DNA of 64,000 bases from an uncultured Solirubrobacterales bacterium. GTDB lineage: Bacteria > Actinomycetota > Thermoleophilia > Solirubrobacterales > Solirubrobacteraceae. Of the stretch, positions 28,584-38,919 are shown in pieces. How positions within the stretch are numbered: the stretch's first letter is position 1; each line of letters starts with the position of its first letter. The notes under the pieces are model-generated. The model worked only from the letters and a program-made list of their open reading frames with translations. It was not told where the DNA came from and did no database searches. A program made the translations under genes and the position numbers. Location of the stretch: contig CAWKEO010000010.1 of the NCBI GenBank assembly GCA_963848745.1, positions 2,020-66,019 of the forward strand, in the 5' to 3' direction.

Positions 28584-29127
28584 ATGCGTATCCAGCCATG
28601 TCAGCCAGCCGGCCACGGAGCGAGCGGCCGAGGCGGCGGCCGCGTTGGCCGAGATCAAGCGCCGGCAGGAACGCGTCATCAAGACGGTGCTCGTAGCCGA
28701 TCTGGTACTGGTGGGTCATGGCGGCCGGGATCGTCGCCATCGGCGCCGCCCGGGACAATGGGAATGCGGTCGTAGAGGCCATCACGATCCCGCTGGCCGT
28801 GCTCGTCATGGTAGGGCTGACAGGGATGGACGATTCCGGCCGTGCGCCGTCGGGTCCAGGTGCACAGCACCAGGCAGCCTGGCGCGCGTGGCGCAGCCGC
28901 GATATTCGCTCTGATATTGCTCGTCGACGGAGCAACCGTGGCCACGGCCGCGGCCCTGGCCGCAGCCCACGACCCCGATCCGGCCACGATCGGGACCGCC
29001 GCCGGGGCAGCCGTGCTCGTGATCGCCGGGCCACTTGTGAATCGGTATTCTGGGCGCGCTCATGCTGAGCAAGTCCCGGAAGCGATCGGCGAGGACGCAC
29101 AGCAGGCGTGGCCCTCGGAACCCATGA
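28584..29127 (+). pseudogene. Multi-frameshifted integral membrane protein
   Basis: Consecutive protein-like pieces in alternating frames: AAAALAEIKRRQERVI / WYWWVMAAGIVAIGAARD...LAVLVMVGLTG / VRRRVQV...AAIFALILLV...VLVIAGPLVNRY. Confidence 0.6.
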
Positions 29128-29471
29128 GCACGCTCGCTTCGATGAGCTGATCCACGCACCCACGAGGCTGGCGATCGTCTCGCTGCTCGCAGCGTCGCGA
29201 GTGGGCCGACTTCAGCTACATCCGCGATGAGCTTGGCCTGTCCGACTCGGCGCTATCCAAACAGCTATCCACTCTTGAATCGGCTGGCTACGTCGAGATC
29301 CGCAGAACCTTCATCGCCAAGCGCCCGCGCAGCTCAGCCAGCCTCAGCCCAGACGGGCGCCGGGCATTCGACCAGCACGTGGCCGCCCTCCTGCAACTCA
29401 TGGTCACAGCACAGCAGGATGCCGACCCGCGGCCGGCCGTGGAAGCCGCGCGCCAAATCCTGGGGCGCTGA
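29124..29471 (+). pseudogene. Winged-helix (MarR/ArsR-like, HTH_34 type) regulator with frameshifts near 29137 and 29198
   Basis: FDELIHAPTRLAIVSLL, then WADFSYIRDELGLSDSALSKQLSTLESAGYVEI...LSPDGRRAFDQHVAAL. Not called in the ORF track. Confidence 0.8.
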
Positions 29472-29671
29472 GCACCCGACCCATCTCTGAGAGAAGAGAT
29501 TGAGCATCCAGCAGCGCAAGGCGGATCAGGACCTTCGGGTTGATGAGAGCGGCGGGAGGCAACCGACCCGCCCGTGGTTCCCAGCTGGACGAACGCTGGG
29601 CGGCGTGAGTCTCACCAGCGTCTCGACGAATGGGTCGAGACGATCCACAACAAAACCGAACGGAGGCAACA

Positions 29672-30225
29672 ATGAGCAAGCTGGTCGAGGCAAACCATGT
29701 CACGCTCGGCGGCGAGGTCGGCTCGACCGACTGGGCGTTCCCCTACCTCGACGAACAGTTCGCGCAGTACACGAACCAGCTCCTCATCGAAGCCGACGCC
29801 CTCCTCCTCGGCCGACAGACCTACGAGCACCTGTCGGTCGCTTACACGAGGATGGCCGAAGGCGCACCCGCGAACGTTTCCATGCACTTCATCGAGCGGA
29901 TGAACAGCATCCCGAAACACGTCGCGACTACCACACCCACCGAGCTGGCCTGGAACGCCATCGCCATCGAGGGCGACGTCGCGTTGTTCGTCGACAATCT
30001 GAAGCGCAGCGCCGGCCAGAATCTGTTGAAGTACGGCAACGGGCCGCTCGACGCCACCTGATGGAGCACGGGCTGATCGACGAATTCCATCTCTTCCTGA
30101 CCCCGGTCGCGATCGGGAAGGGCCAGCACCTGTTCGAGAGCATCGACACCGCGCCCCACCTCCGTCTCGTCGACATCCGGCGGCTGGATAGCGGCGTGGT
30201 CATCCTCGTCTACGCGCCCAAGTAG
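29672..30225 (+). CDS. Dihydrofolate reductase-like (RibD C-terminal) protein, with a frameshift at ~30056
   Basis: LLLGRQTYE, MNSIPKHV and LLKYGNGPL, then in another frame LMEHGLIDEFHLFLTPVAIGKG...SGVVILVY. Confidence 0.85.
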
Positions 30226-30397
30226 CCCGTCGCTCAGGGGTCCTCACGGCCGGATGGGCGCGTGTGCGTGCTATGGACGTCAAACATCCCGAACGAGCGT
30301 GGGCGCGGCCGCGCGACGGGCCCGCCGCGGCCCACGCGCGACCGCGACCGCGACCGCCGGCGGAGGCGGCACATCGCCACCTCCGCCGGACCCGCGA

Positions 30398-32596
30398 CTA
30401 CGCCGCCAGGGCGACCGGCGAGCTCACCTCGAGCTCGATCCCTCCGTCCGCGCCCTCGCGAGCCACGACCCGCGATCCCTCGACCAGCTCGCCCTCGAGG
30501 ATCGCCCGCGTGAGCTCCTTCTCGAGCGTGCGCCGGATGTGGCGCTGGAGCGGCCGGGCGCCGAACTCGGGGTCGAAGCCCTCGCGGGCCAGCCGGGCGA
30601 TCAGCTCGGGAGCCACGGAGAGCTCAACGCCGCGCTGCTCGCGCAGCCGGCCGGCCACCCGCTCGCAGATCAGCCCGGCGATGTCCGAGACCTGAGCCTC
30701 GCTCAGCGCCTCGAACACCACGACCTCGTCGATCCGGTTCAGGAACTCGGGCAGGAACGCCCGCTTGGCCGCTTCGCGCATCCGGTCCGCAGTGTCGTCC
30801 GCAGCCGAGGCGGCGAAGCCGAGCGCCCGCCGGGCCGGGCCCGCGCCGAGGTTCGAGGTCATGACCACCACCGTGTTGGTGAAGTCGACCGTACGGCCCT
30901 CGCCGTCGGTCAGGCGGCCGTCGTCGAGGACCTGGAGCAGCACGTTCCACACCTCGGGGTGGGCCTTCTCGATCTCGTCGAGCAGCACGACGGAGTACGG
31001 GCGCCGGCGCACCGGCTCGGTGAGCTGGCCACCGTCGCCGTAGCCGACATAGCCGGGCGGCGAGCCGATCAGCCGGGCCACGGTGTGCGGCTCGCGGTAC
31101 TCGGACATGTCGATCCGCACGAGCGCCGACTCAGCGGCGAACAGCCGCTGCGCCAGCGCCTTGACCAGCTCGGTCTTGCCGACGCCGGTGGGGCCCAGGA
31201 ACAGGAAGCTCCCGAGCGGGCGGTCGGGCTCGGCCAGACCGGCCCGCGCGTGGCGCACCGTTTCGGCGACCGCGTGCACGGCCGTCTCCTGCCCGATCAC
31301 CCGCCGGTGCAGATCGGCCTCGAGGTTGCTCAGCCGCGCCGCCTCGGCCGCCACCAGCTCGCCGACCGGGATCCCGGTACGGGCGGCGATGACGGCGGCG
31401 ATGTCCCGCTCGGTGACCGTGCTCGCATCGCCTGCCTCGGCACCGCTCGAGTCGCCGTCCGAGTCGGCGCTCAACGCCGCCAGCTGCGCCTCGAGCTCGC
31501 TCATCCGGGCCTTGATGGCCCCGGCCTCCTCGTAGGCCTCGGCGTCGACGGCGGCCTGCTTCTCCGCCGCCAGGCGCTCGAGCTCGCCGCGCAGCGCCCC
31601 GGCGTCGCTGCCCTCGCGCCGCAGGCGCAGACGCGCGCCGGCCTGGTCGACCAGGTCGATGGCCTTGTCCGGCAGGCGGTACTCGCTGATGTAGCGGTCC
31701 GACAGCCGGGCGGCCGCCTCGAGCGCGGCGTCGTCGATCTGGACGCCGTGGTGCTCCTCGTACTGCGGGCGCAGCCCGCGCAGGATGGCCACGGTGTCCG
31801 GCACGGAGGGCTCGTCCACGGTCACGGGCGAGAACCGCCGGGCCAGCGCAGCGTCGCGCTCGATCTTGCGGTACTCGGCCAGCGTGGTGGCGCCGATCAT
31901 GCGCAGCTCACCCCGGGCGAGCATCGGCTTGAGCATGTTCGCGGCGTCCATCGCGCCCTCGGCGGCGCCGGCGCCGAGGATCGTGTGCAGCTCGTCGACG
32001 AACAGCACGATCCGGCCCTCGGAGGCGGAGACCTCCTCGAGGACGGCCTTCAGCCGCTGCTCGAACGCACCGCGGAACTGCGATCCGGCGACCATGCCGG
32101 CCAGGTCGAGGGCGACGACGCGGACACCGCGCAGCGACGCGGGCACCTCGCCGGCGGCGATCCGCCGGGCCAGCCCTTCGGCGATGGCGGTCTTGCCCAC
32201 GCCGGCCTCGCCGATCAGGGCGGCGTTGTTCTTGCGCCGGCGCGAGAGCGCCTCGACGACTTGCTCGATCTCGGCCTCGCGCCCGATCACCGGGTCGATG
32301 CGGCCCGTCCGCGCCTCGGCGGTCAGGTCACGGCCGAACTGGTCAAGCGCAGGGGTCTTGGAGCGTGGGACGGCGCGCTGGCGCACGGCCGGACCGCCAC
32401 CGGGCCCACCCGAGCCGGTTCCGGCGGACGCGAACGGGCCGCTGCCCTGCTGCTGGGCCATGGCGATCCGGGCGCACCGCTCGCACAGAGCGCCGTGGCG
32501 ACGCTGGCCGCCGGCGACGAAGGTGACGTCGACCGCGGCCGGCTTCTGGCCGCAGAGATCGCACAGCCCGGGGTTCTGAATGTTCTCGAATTCCAT
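30398..32596 (-). CDS. Class 1 Clp/Hsp100 ATPase with N-terminal C4 Zn-finger (ClpE-like architecture)
   Basis: CDLC-x22-CERC at the N-terminus. NBD1 has GEAGVGKT and LFVDELH. A UVR-like coiled coil precedes NBD2 ([17 protein letters not shown]). ClpP-docking LGF loop and GARPL are present. No Clp_N repeats. Confidence 0.9.
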   Translation of the reverse strand: MEFENIQNPGLCDLCGQKPAAVDVTFVAGGQRRHGALCERCARIAMAQQQGSGPFASAGTGSGGPGGGPAVRQRAVPRSKTPALDQFGRDLTAEARTGRIDPVIGREAEIEQVVEALSRRRKNNAALIGEAGVGKTAIAEGLARRIAAGEVPASLRGVRVVALDLAGMVAGSQFRGAFEQRLKAVLEEVSASEGRIVLFVDELHTILGAGAAEGAMDAANMLKPMLARGELRMIGATTLAEYRKIERDAALARRFSPVTVDEPSVPDTVAILRGLRPQYEEHHGVQIDDAALEAAARLSDRYISEYRLPDKAIDLVDQAGARLRLRREGSDAGALRGELERLAAEKQAAVDAEAYEEAGAIKARMSELEAQLAALSADSDGDSSGAEAGDASTVTERDIAAVIAARTGIPVGELVAAEAARLSNLEADLHRRVIGQETAVHAVAETVRHARAGLAEPDRPLGSFLFLGPTGVGKTELVKALAQRLFAAESALVRIDMSEYREPHTVARLIGSPPGYVGYGDGGQLTEPVRRRPYSVVLLDEIEKAHPEVWNVLLQVLDDGRLTDGEGRTVDFTNTVVVMTSNLGAGPARRALGFAASAADDTADRMREAAKRAFLPEFLNRIDEVVVFEALSEAQVSDIAGLICERVAGRLREQRGVELSVAPELIARLAREGFDPEFGARPLQRHIRRTLEKELTRAILEGELVEGSRVVAREGADGGIELEVSSPVALAA

Positions 32597-32612
32597 AGTC
32601 TTCCGATCGTCA

Positions 32613-32643
32613 AAGATCTCACTTGATGCGACTAAGATCTTAG
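32613..32643. promoter_or_regulatory. Putative repressor site(s) upstream of the Clp ATPase
   Basis: AAGATCT occurs twice, 21 bp apart. The second copy sits in the perfect palindrome CTAAGATCTTAG. Confidence 0.4.
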
Positions 32644-32688
32644 CCAACCGGAGGAGCCATCCGGATGTCTCGTCCTACGATGGTCAGA

Positions 32689-33721
32689 ATGCAGCGCCTC
32701 GGCTTTCTCAGCTTCGGTCACTGGCAGGCCGGCCCGGGCTCCCAGACGCCGACGGCGGCCGACGCCCTGCGTCAGACCATTGAGCTCGCGGTGGCCGCCG
32801 AGGAGCTCGGCGTCGACGGCGCCTATGTGCGCGTCCACCACTTCGCCCGCCAGCTCGCCTCGCCGTTCCCGCTGCTGAGCGCGATCGGCGCGCGCACGCG
32901 ATCGATCGAGATCGGCACCGCAGTCATCGACATGCGCTACGAGAACCCGCTCTACATGGCTGAGGAGGCGGCGGCCGCCGATCTGATCAGCGGCGGGCGG
33001 CTGCAACTCGGGATCAGCCGGGGGTCACCCGAGCCGGTCCTGCGCGGCGCCGAGGCGTTCGGCCACGTCCCGCCGGCCGGCCACACCGACGCCGACCTCG
33101 CGCGCGCACACACGCGCCGCTTTCGGGAGGCGATCAGCGGCGCGGGGATGGCGCCGGCGGACGTGCAGATGACCGGGACGGCGGCGATGCTCCCGATCCA
33201 GCCGCAATCGCCGGGTCTGGCCGATCGGATCTGGTGGGGGGCGGGCACCCGGCAGACCGCCGTGTGGGCGGCCGAGCAGGGGATGCACCTGATGAGCTCG
33301 ACGCTGCTCAGCGAGGACACCGGGGTGTCGTTCGGTGAGCTCCAGGCCGAGCAGATCGCCCTGTTTCGCAGCGCCTGGGCGGCGGCCGGATGGGAGCGCG
33401 AGCCGCGGGTGTCGGTCAGCCGCAGCGTGTTCCCGATCGCCAGCGACGCCGACCGGCAGCTGTGGGGCGCCCGGGCGCGCGGCGATGCCTCCGACCAGCT
33501 CGGCTATCTCGAGGGCGTGGTGGCGCGCTTCGGGCGCAGCTACGTCGGCGAGCCCGACGTAGTGGCCGCCGAGCTGGCCGCCGATCCGGCCGTCGCAGGC
33601 GGCGGACACGCTCCTGGTCACGATCCCGAATCAGCTCGGCGTCGAGTACAACGCCGAGCTGCTTCAGACGATCATGCGGGACGTGGTGCCCGCGCTGCGG
33701 GCGGCGCCCCGCGTCAGCTGA
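32689..33721 (+). CDS. LLM class flavin-dependent oxidoreductase (luciferase-like), with a frameshift at ~33598
   Basis: GFLSFGHW, AEELGVDGAYVRVHHF, IEIGTAVIDMRYENP and GRLQLGISRG. The C-terminus ADTLLVTIPNQLGVEYN ends at TGA 33719-21 in another frame. Confidence 0.9.
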
Positions 33722-34358
33722 CCGCGGGCTTCGTCGTCTTGTGCCCCCGCTTGTGGTGCTTGGCCCGGCTGCTCGACGCCGACGGGGGCGGGGCGAGCTC
33801 GAAGTTGCCGGCCACGCCGAGTGAGATGAGGAAGTGGGCGAACGAGATGCCGGCCTGGGTGACCTCGCCCTCGGTGTAGCCGGTGGTGGCCTGAGCGAGC
33901 GTCCAGCCGGTGGACGTCCCCCAGCCGGTCTCGATGCAGGTGCCCTGCTTGGCGTAGCGGGCGATGATCTCGCCGGCGTGCACGCTCTGCCCGATGTGGG
34001 CGAGGCGGTGGATCTGCTCGGCCACGTACACGTACTTGCCCGCGTCGGGTCCGTCGCTCAGCTGGTACCAGAGATAGGGCTCGCCGTCGAACCAGTCCTT
34101 GTTGATCCCGATCACGACGCCGTTGCCGATGGCGCGGATCGGATCGCCCGGGTTCAGGCAGAAGTCGACGCCCATGTCGGTGCGGCCCACATACGGCTGC
34201 AGGGCGCCGAACGGGTCCTGGTAGGGGGTGGCGGCGCGGGCACCGGAGGCGCCGAGGAGGAAGGTGACGGTCAGGGTCAGCAGGAGGGCGGCCGCCGCCA
34301 GCACGCCGCGGATGCGGGGCGGGAGGGGCAGCAGCACATCGGAATTCATCGAGGTCAT
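33714..34358 (-). CDS. Secreted M23/LytM-like protein lacking His ligands (paralogue of 12368-13195)
   Basis: Signal peptide, then RTDMGVDF...PIRAIGNGVV, YQLSDGPDAGKYVYVAE, GQSVHAGEIIA and CIETGW. Confidence 0.75.
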   Translation of the reverse strand: MTSMNSDVLLPLPPRIRGVLAAAALLLTLTVTFLLGASGARAATPYQDPFGALQPYVGRTDMGVDFCLNPGDPIRAIGNGVVIGINKDWFDGEPYLWYQLSDGPDAGKYVYVAEQIHRLAHIGQSVHAGEIIARYAKQGTCIETGWGTSTGWTLAQATTGYTEGEVTQAGISFAHFLISLGVAGNFELAPPPSASSSRAKHHKRGHKTTKPAVS

Positions 34359-34401
34359 ACATCTGGCATCGGCACCGCACCAGATCTCTGAAGTTGGAGT
34401 T

Positions 34402-34476
34402 CTGACCGCCCGGGGCGGGCGCTACGCGGAGATGTACGCCACCTGGATCAGCCACACCGAGGCCGAGGCGGCGTAG
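34402..34476 (+). pseudogene. C-terminal remnant of an ABC exporter ATP-binding protein
   Basis: LTARGGRYAEMYATWISHTEAEAA* matches the typical L..GG.Y..(L/M)Y tail of MdlB/MsbA-type exporters. No upstream gene body. Confidence 0.5.
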
Positions 34477-36946
34477 GCCCTGGCCACCGGAGGAGGGACG
34501 GCGCGAGCCGGCCGACGGCGTGTGCACATTTGCTCACTGGACGAGCAGAAGTGAACACGCGATTGCCTGCTCTCCGAGCGCCAGCGTGTCGCAGACGACT
34601 CGAGTCAGCGGCCGTCCGCTCACCCAGCCCGCGCCCCCGGCTCATCCGCGACGGCCACCAGTTCAGCCGCCCGAGCAGCATCACGGTCGAGGGCACGAGC
34701 AGGGTGCGCACGAGGAAGGTGTCCATGAGGATGCCGAAGCACAGTCCGAACCCGATCGCCCGCAGCTGCCCGCCGTCGGACCCTCCGCCGCCCACGATCG
34801 CGAATACCGCGAACGTGCCGCCGAGGATGATCCCGGCCGAGGTGACGGTCGGGCCGGTGCGGGAGATCGCCCGCACGACCGCCTCGCGCAGGGGCAGCTC
34901 GCGAGCCTCCTCGCGGATGCGCGTCATCACGAGGATGTTGTAGTCCTCCCCCAGCGCGAGCAGGAAGATGAACATGAGGAACGGCAGGATGAAGCTGATC
35001 CCGCCCTGGCCGGCGATGTCGATGAAGACGATCGTGGCCACGCCGAGCGCGGCCAGATAGGAGAGGCCGACCGACACGATCAGGTAGAGCGGGGCCACGG
35101 CGCTGCGCAGCACCGCGGCGAGCAGGATGCCGATGGCGATGATGGCCACCGGCACGACCACGGCGAGGTCATGGTCGGCGGTGTGGTTGATGTCGTAGAC
35201 AGCGGCCGCCTCGCCGGCCACGCCGCTCGCGCGAGCGCCCGACGCGGAGGCGGCGCGCGCGATCACGTCGCGGATGTGGGGGGTGGCGTTCATGGCCGCG
35301 GTCGAGCTCTGGGCCCCGGCGCGCAGGGTGGCCTCGAACTGGACCACCCGCCCGTCGGCGGACACGAACTCGGCCGAGGCCCGGTAGGCCTGGTAGGTCG
35401 CGGCGGGCAGCCCCAGGCCGGCCGGCTCGGCCACGGGCAGGTGCTGGGGCGCGCCAAGGCGCGCGTGCAGGGCCCGGTATTGGGCCGGCGTCAGCGGGGT
35501 CCCGGTGGTGTCCAGCGGCCCGGCCAGGGTGGTGAAGGCGCCCGAGGCGTGCAGGGAGCTCGACGCCGACGCGAGCACGCTCGGGTTGGCGTACACCGGC
35601 TGGGCGTAGCCGAGGATGAGGTTGCCCGGGTTGTTGCTCGCCTGGGGGAAGTGGGCGGTCAGGGCGCCGTTGCCGGCCGCGGCGTCGGAGCCCGACGGTG
35701 CGTTCGTGGCCCCGCCGAACCCGCCGGCGGTGTAGCCGAGCGCGCCCACGGCCAGGGCGAGGAACACGATCACCCCCACCGCCAGGGTGGTGCGCGGGCG
35801 GCGCACGAGGCGGGCGGCGATCCGCCCCCAGGCCCCGTCGCGGGGCGGCCCGGGCTCGATCTTCGCCGGCCAGAACGCCTTGCGGCCGAGGATGGCCAGC
35901 AGCGCGGGCAGCAGGGTGAGGCCGATGAGCAGCATGACCGCAACGCCGACGGCCAGCGGCACGGCGAGGTCGTGGTAGAGGCTGAAGCTGGCCAGCAGCA
36001 GGGTGAGCAGAGCGAGGATGACCGTCCCGGCCGAGGCGGTGATCGATTCGCCCACCCGCACCAGCGCGCGCAGTACCGCGTCGTGGGGGGCGTGTCCGGC
36101 GCGCAGCTCCTCGCGCACCCGGAAGACGAGGAACAGGCCGTAGTCGGTGCCGGCGCCGAGCAGGAGCACGATCAGCAGCACCTGGGTGATCGAGGAGATG
36201 AGCAGCCCGGCTTGGCCGAGGCCGCCGATCAGCCGGGTCGCGACGGCGAGCGCCAGCCCGCTCGGGATGAGGGTGACCAGCGCCGCCTGCACGGAGCGGA
36301 AGACGAGGAGCAGCAGCACGACGATGAGCAGCAGGGAGAGGTTCTGCACCTGCTTGCCCGACTTGGCCGAGCTCGCGTTGTTGGCCACCACGGTGGCCAC
36401 CTGACCAGCCAGGTGGAACTGGAGCCCGGACGGCGCTGCGGCGCGCGGAAACGTCGCCTGCAGGTCGTCGATGATCGTCTTGTCCTTGGTGATGTCCCCG
36501 CCGCTCACCCGGGCCTCGGCGCGCAGCTGCACCGCCCGGCCGTCGGGCGAGATGCCAAGCGCGCGCACCGAGGTGACCTGATCGCTGCCGGCGGCCAGCC
36601 GCGCCTCGCGCTCGACCGCGGCGATGTCCCCGGCGGTGAGCTGGCCGCCGGAGCGCACGGCGATGATCGTGATCGGCGACACCCGCCCCGAGCCCTGCCC
36701 GCCGAGCAGCGGCGCGGCCAGGTTGGCCGCCTTCTGGCTCGGCGCATTGGCGGGCAGGAAGGCGCTGTTGTTGTCATTGACCTCGCTTGAGAGCGAGGGC
36801 AGGGCGGCGCTCGTCACCACGGCGACGGCGAGCCAGAACACGACGATCAACCACCGGAAGCGGATGACGAAGCGCCCGAGGGTGGCGAAGGCGGCGTCGG
36901 CGCGGCCGTGCTGGTCGGGAGAGGTGGAGGCGCTGGCAGTACTCAT
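34448..36946 (-). CDS. MMPL family (RND) transporter
   Basis: GAGTDYGLFLVFRVREE, LPALLAILG, LALGEDYNIL..TRIREE and DTFLVRTLLVP. The last ~50 codons look non-conserved. Confidence 0.92.
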   Translation of the reverse strand: MSTASASTSPDQHGRADAAFATLGRFVIRFRWLIVVFWLAVAVVTSAALPSLSSEVNDNNSAFLPANAPSQKAANLAAPLLGGQGSGRVSPITIIAVRSGGQLTAGDIAAVEREARLAAGSDQVTSVRALGISPDGRAVQLRAEARVSGGDITKDKTIIDDLQATFPRAAAPSGLQFHLAGQVATVVANNASSAKSGKQVQNLSLLLIVVLLLLVFRSVQAALVTLIPSGLALAVATRLIGGLGQAGLLISSITQVLLIVLLLGAGTDYGLFLVFRVREELRAGHAPHDAVLRALVRVGESITASAGTVILALLTLLLASFSLYHDLAVPLAVGVAVMLLIGLTLLPALLAILGRKAFWPAKIEPGPPRDGAWGRIAARLVRRPRTTLAVGVIVFLALAVGALGYTAGGFGGATNAPSGSDAAAGNGALTAHFPQASNNPGNLILGYAQPVYANPSVLASASSSLHASGAFTTLAGPLDTTGTPLTPAQYRALHARLGAPQHLPVAEPAGLGLPAATYQAYRASAEFVSADGRVVQFEATLRAGAQSSTAAMNATPHIRDVIARAASASGARASGVAGEAAAVYDINHTADHDLAVVVPVAIIAIGILLAAVLRSAVAPLYLIVSVGLSYLAALGVATIVFIDIAGQGGISFILPFLMFIFLLALGEDYNILVMTRIREEARELPLREAVVRAISRTGPTVTSAGIILGGTFAVFAIVGGGGSDGGQLRAIGFGLCFGILMDTFLVRTLLVPSTVMLLGRLNWWPSRMSRGRGLGERTAADSSRLRHAGARRAGNRVFTSARPVSKCAHAVGRLAPSLLRWPGPTPPRPRCG

Positions 36947-36979
36947 GACCGAGACGGTACGCGACCGCCACGGCCGCGC

Positions 36980-38896
36980 TCAGCCGCGCCGGCGCGTGCG
37001 GGCTCGGCGGGTGCTCAGCGCGGTGCGGCGGGCGTGGCCGTTGGCAGTGGCCGCCGGATCGCCGGCGGCCGGCGCCGGGTCGTAGACGTCCGCGCCGGCG
37101 ATCTCGCCCGTCGGGCCGGCCGCCACGACGCTCAGCACGGCCTCGGCCGCGCCCTGATCGCCGGTGGCCGCGGCAGCGCGCACCCGCCGGCGGGTGGCCA
37201 GGAACCGCACGCCCTCCGCCGGCACGAGCGAGGCGAGCGCAGCGATCACGCAGGCCGCCAGCCCGAAGCTGAACGCCGAGGTCAGCGCGCTCGAGAACGG
37301 GTGCGAGATGACCGAGGGGAAGAACGTGTGTCCGAGCAGCACATGGCGCTGGGCCACCGAGGCGGTGTTGATGTTGCTCCCCAGCAGCGTCTGGACCGGG
37401 TTGTAACCCAGGAAGGCGGCGAACAGGGTGGCCACCGGCGGCAGTGCCGCCGCCTTGGCCGCCGCGCCGGCCGAGATGCCGTGGGCGCGCAGCCCGGTGT
37501 ACAGCGAGTGGTGCAGACCGCCGGAGAGGCCGACGATCATCAGGCTGAAGAACACGCCGATCGACAGCACCATGGCGCTGTTCATGAACGTGGCCGCCAT
37601 GCCGCCGCCGGCGCCGCGCTGGTCGGCGGGCAGGCTGTTCATGATGCTCGCCCGGTTGGGCGAGAAGAAGATGCCCATGCCGAGGCCGTTGAGCACGATC
37701 ACCAGGGCGAACACCGGATAGGAGAAGTTGACCGGGATCACGGCCAGCAGCAGGAACGACAGGGCGGCCAGAAGCATGCCGGCGATGGCGAACGGTCGCG
37801 GGCCGATGCGGTCGGACAGCGTGCCCGCGATCGGGCCGGCGAACAGCATGCCGCCGACGAGTGGCAGCAGATAGATGCCCGCCCACAGCGGCGTGTTGGC
37901 GAAGCTGTAGCCGTGGCGGGGCAGGTAGATGCCCTGAAGCCAGATGATGAGCACGAACTGCAGGCCGCCGCGGCCGATGCCGGCCAGCAGCGAGGCCAGG
38001 TTGCCGGCCGAGAACGCCCGCACCTTGAACAGGTCGAGGTGGAACATCGGCTGCTCGACCCGGGTCTCGATGATGCAGAAGATGAGCAGGACGAGCAGGC
38101 CGCCGCCGATCTCGGCCAGCACCTTGGGGCTCGTCCAGCCCATCGTGTGATGGCCGTAGGGCTGGATGCCGTAGGTGATCCCGACCATCACGGCCACGAG
38201 CCCGACCGCGAAGGTCAGGTTGCCCCACCAGTCGATCTTCGCCGAGCCGCGCGGGGAGAGGTCGCGCAGCTTGGCGAAGCCCCAGAGCGTTCCGAACACG
38301 CCGAAGGGCACCGAGACGAGGAACACCATGCGCCAGGCGACGGGGGCGAGCACGCCGCCGAGCACCAGGCCGATCGAGGAGCCGGCCACGGCGGCCACAC
38401 CGTTGATGCCGAGCGCCAGGCCGCGCTGATTGGCCGGGAAGGCGTCGGTGATGATCGCGCTCGAGTTGGCGAACAGCATCGCTCCTCCGACCCCCTGGAA
38501 CGCGCGCATGATGATCAGCCACATCGCGCCCGCGCTGCCCTTCAGCCAGGTGACCGAGAGCAAGATGGAGAAGAACGTGAAGACGGCGAACCCGAGGTTG
38601 TAGGTCTTGGCCCGTCCGTAGATGTCACCCAGCCGGCCCAGGCTGACCACCAGCACCGCCGTGACGACGAGGAACCCGAGGATGAGCCAGAGCAGGTAGT
38701 TGGTGTTGCTCGGCGTCAGCGGGTTGATCGCGATGCCCTTGAAGATGTTCGGCAGCGAGATGAGCAGGATCGACGCGTTGATGGTGGCGATCAGCACCCC
38801 GAGCGTCGTGTTCGAGAGCGCGAGCCACTTGTAGTGCTCGGGGACCGGATGGCCGTGGACGTCGACGCGGGGGGCGGGCGGATTCGGATCTGTCAT
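36980..38896 (-). CDS. MFS transporter (14-TM DHA2-like)
   Basis: GRLGDIYGR, RAFQGVGG, AFPANQRGLALG and GTLSDRIGPR. Confidence 0.92.
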   Translation of the reverse strand: MTDPNPPAPRVDVHGHPVPEHYKWLALSNTTLGVLIATINASILLISLPNIFKGIAINPLTPSNTNYLLWLILGFLVVTAVLVVSLGRLGDIYGRAKTYNLGFAVFTFFSILLSVTWLKGSAGAMWLIIMRAFQGVGGAMLFANSSAIITDAFPANQRGLALGINGVAAVAGSSIGLVLGGVLAPVAWRMVFLVSVPFGVFGTLWGFAKLRDLSPRGSAKIDWWGNLTFAVGLVAVMVGITYGIQPYGHHTMGWTSPKVLAEIGGGLLVLLIFCIIETRVEQPMFHLDLFKVRAFSAGNLASLLAGIGRGGLQFVLIIWLQGIYLPRHGYSFANTPLWAGIYLLPLVGGMLFAGPIAGTLSDRIGPRPFAIAGMLLAALSFLLLAVIPVNFSYPVFALVIVLNGLGMGIFFSPNRASIMNSLPADQRGAGGGMAATFMNSAMVLSIGVFFSLMIVGLSGGLHHSLYTGLRAHGISAGAAAKAAALPPVATLFAAFLGYNPVQTLLGSNINTASVAQRHVLLGHTFFPSVISHPFSSALTSAFSFGLAACVIAALASLVPAEGVRFLATRRRVRAAAATGDQGAAEAVLSVVAAGPTGEIAGADVYDPAPAAGDPAATANGHARRTALSTRRARTRRRG

Positions 38897-38919
38897 TTCG
38901 GCGCCGAGAATAGCGGCTT

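Noticed and set aside
29490..29645. Possible gene remnant on the minus strand (LPPAALINPKVLIRLAL) and hairpin CGTCTCGAC-N6-GTCGAGACG
   Set aside because: Too short to assign to a family or function from sequence alone.
32613..32643. HspR HAIR operator upstream of the Clp ATPase
   Set aside because: Only a loose resemblance to CTTGAGT-N7-ACTCAAG, so it is kept as an unassigned palindrome.
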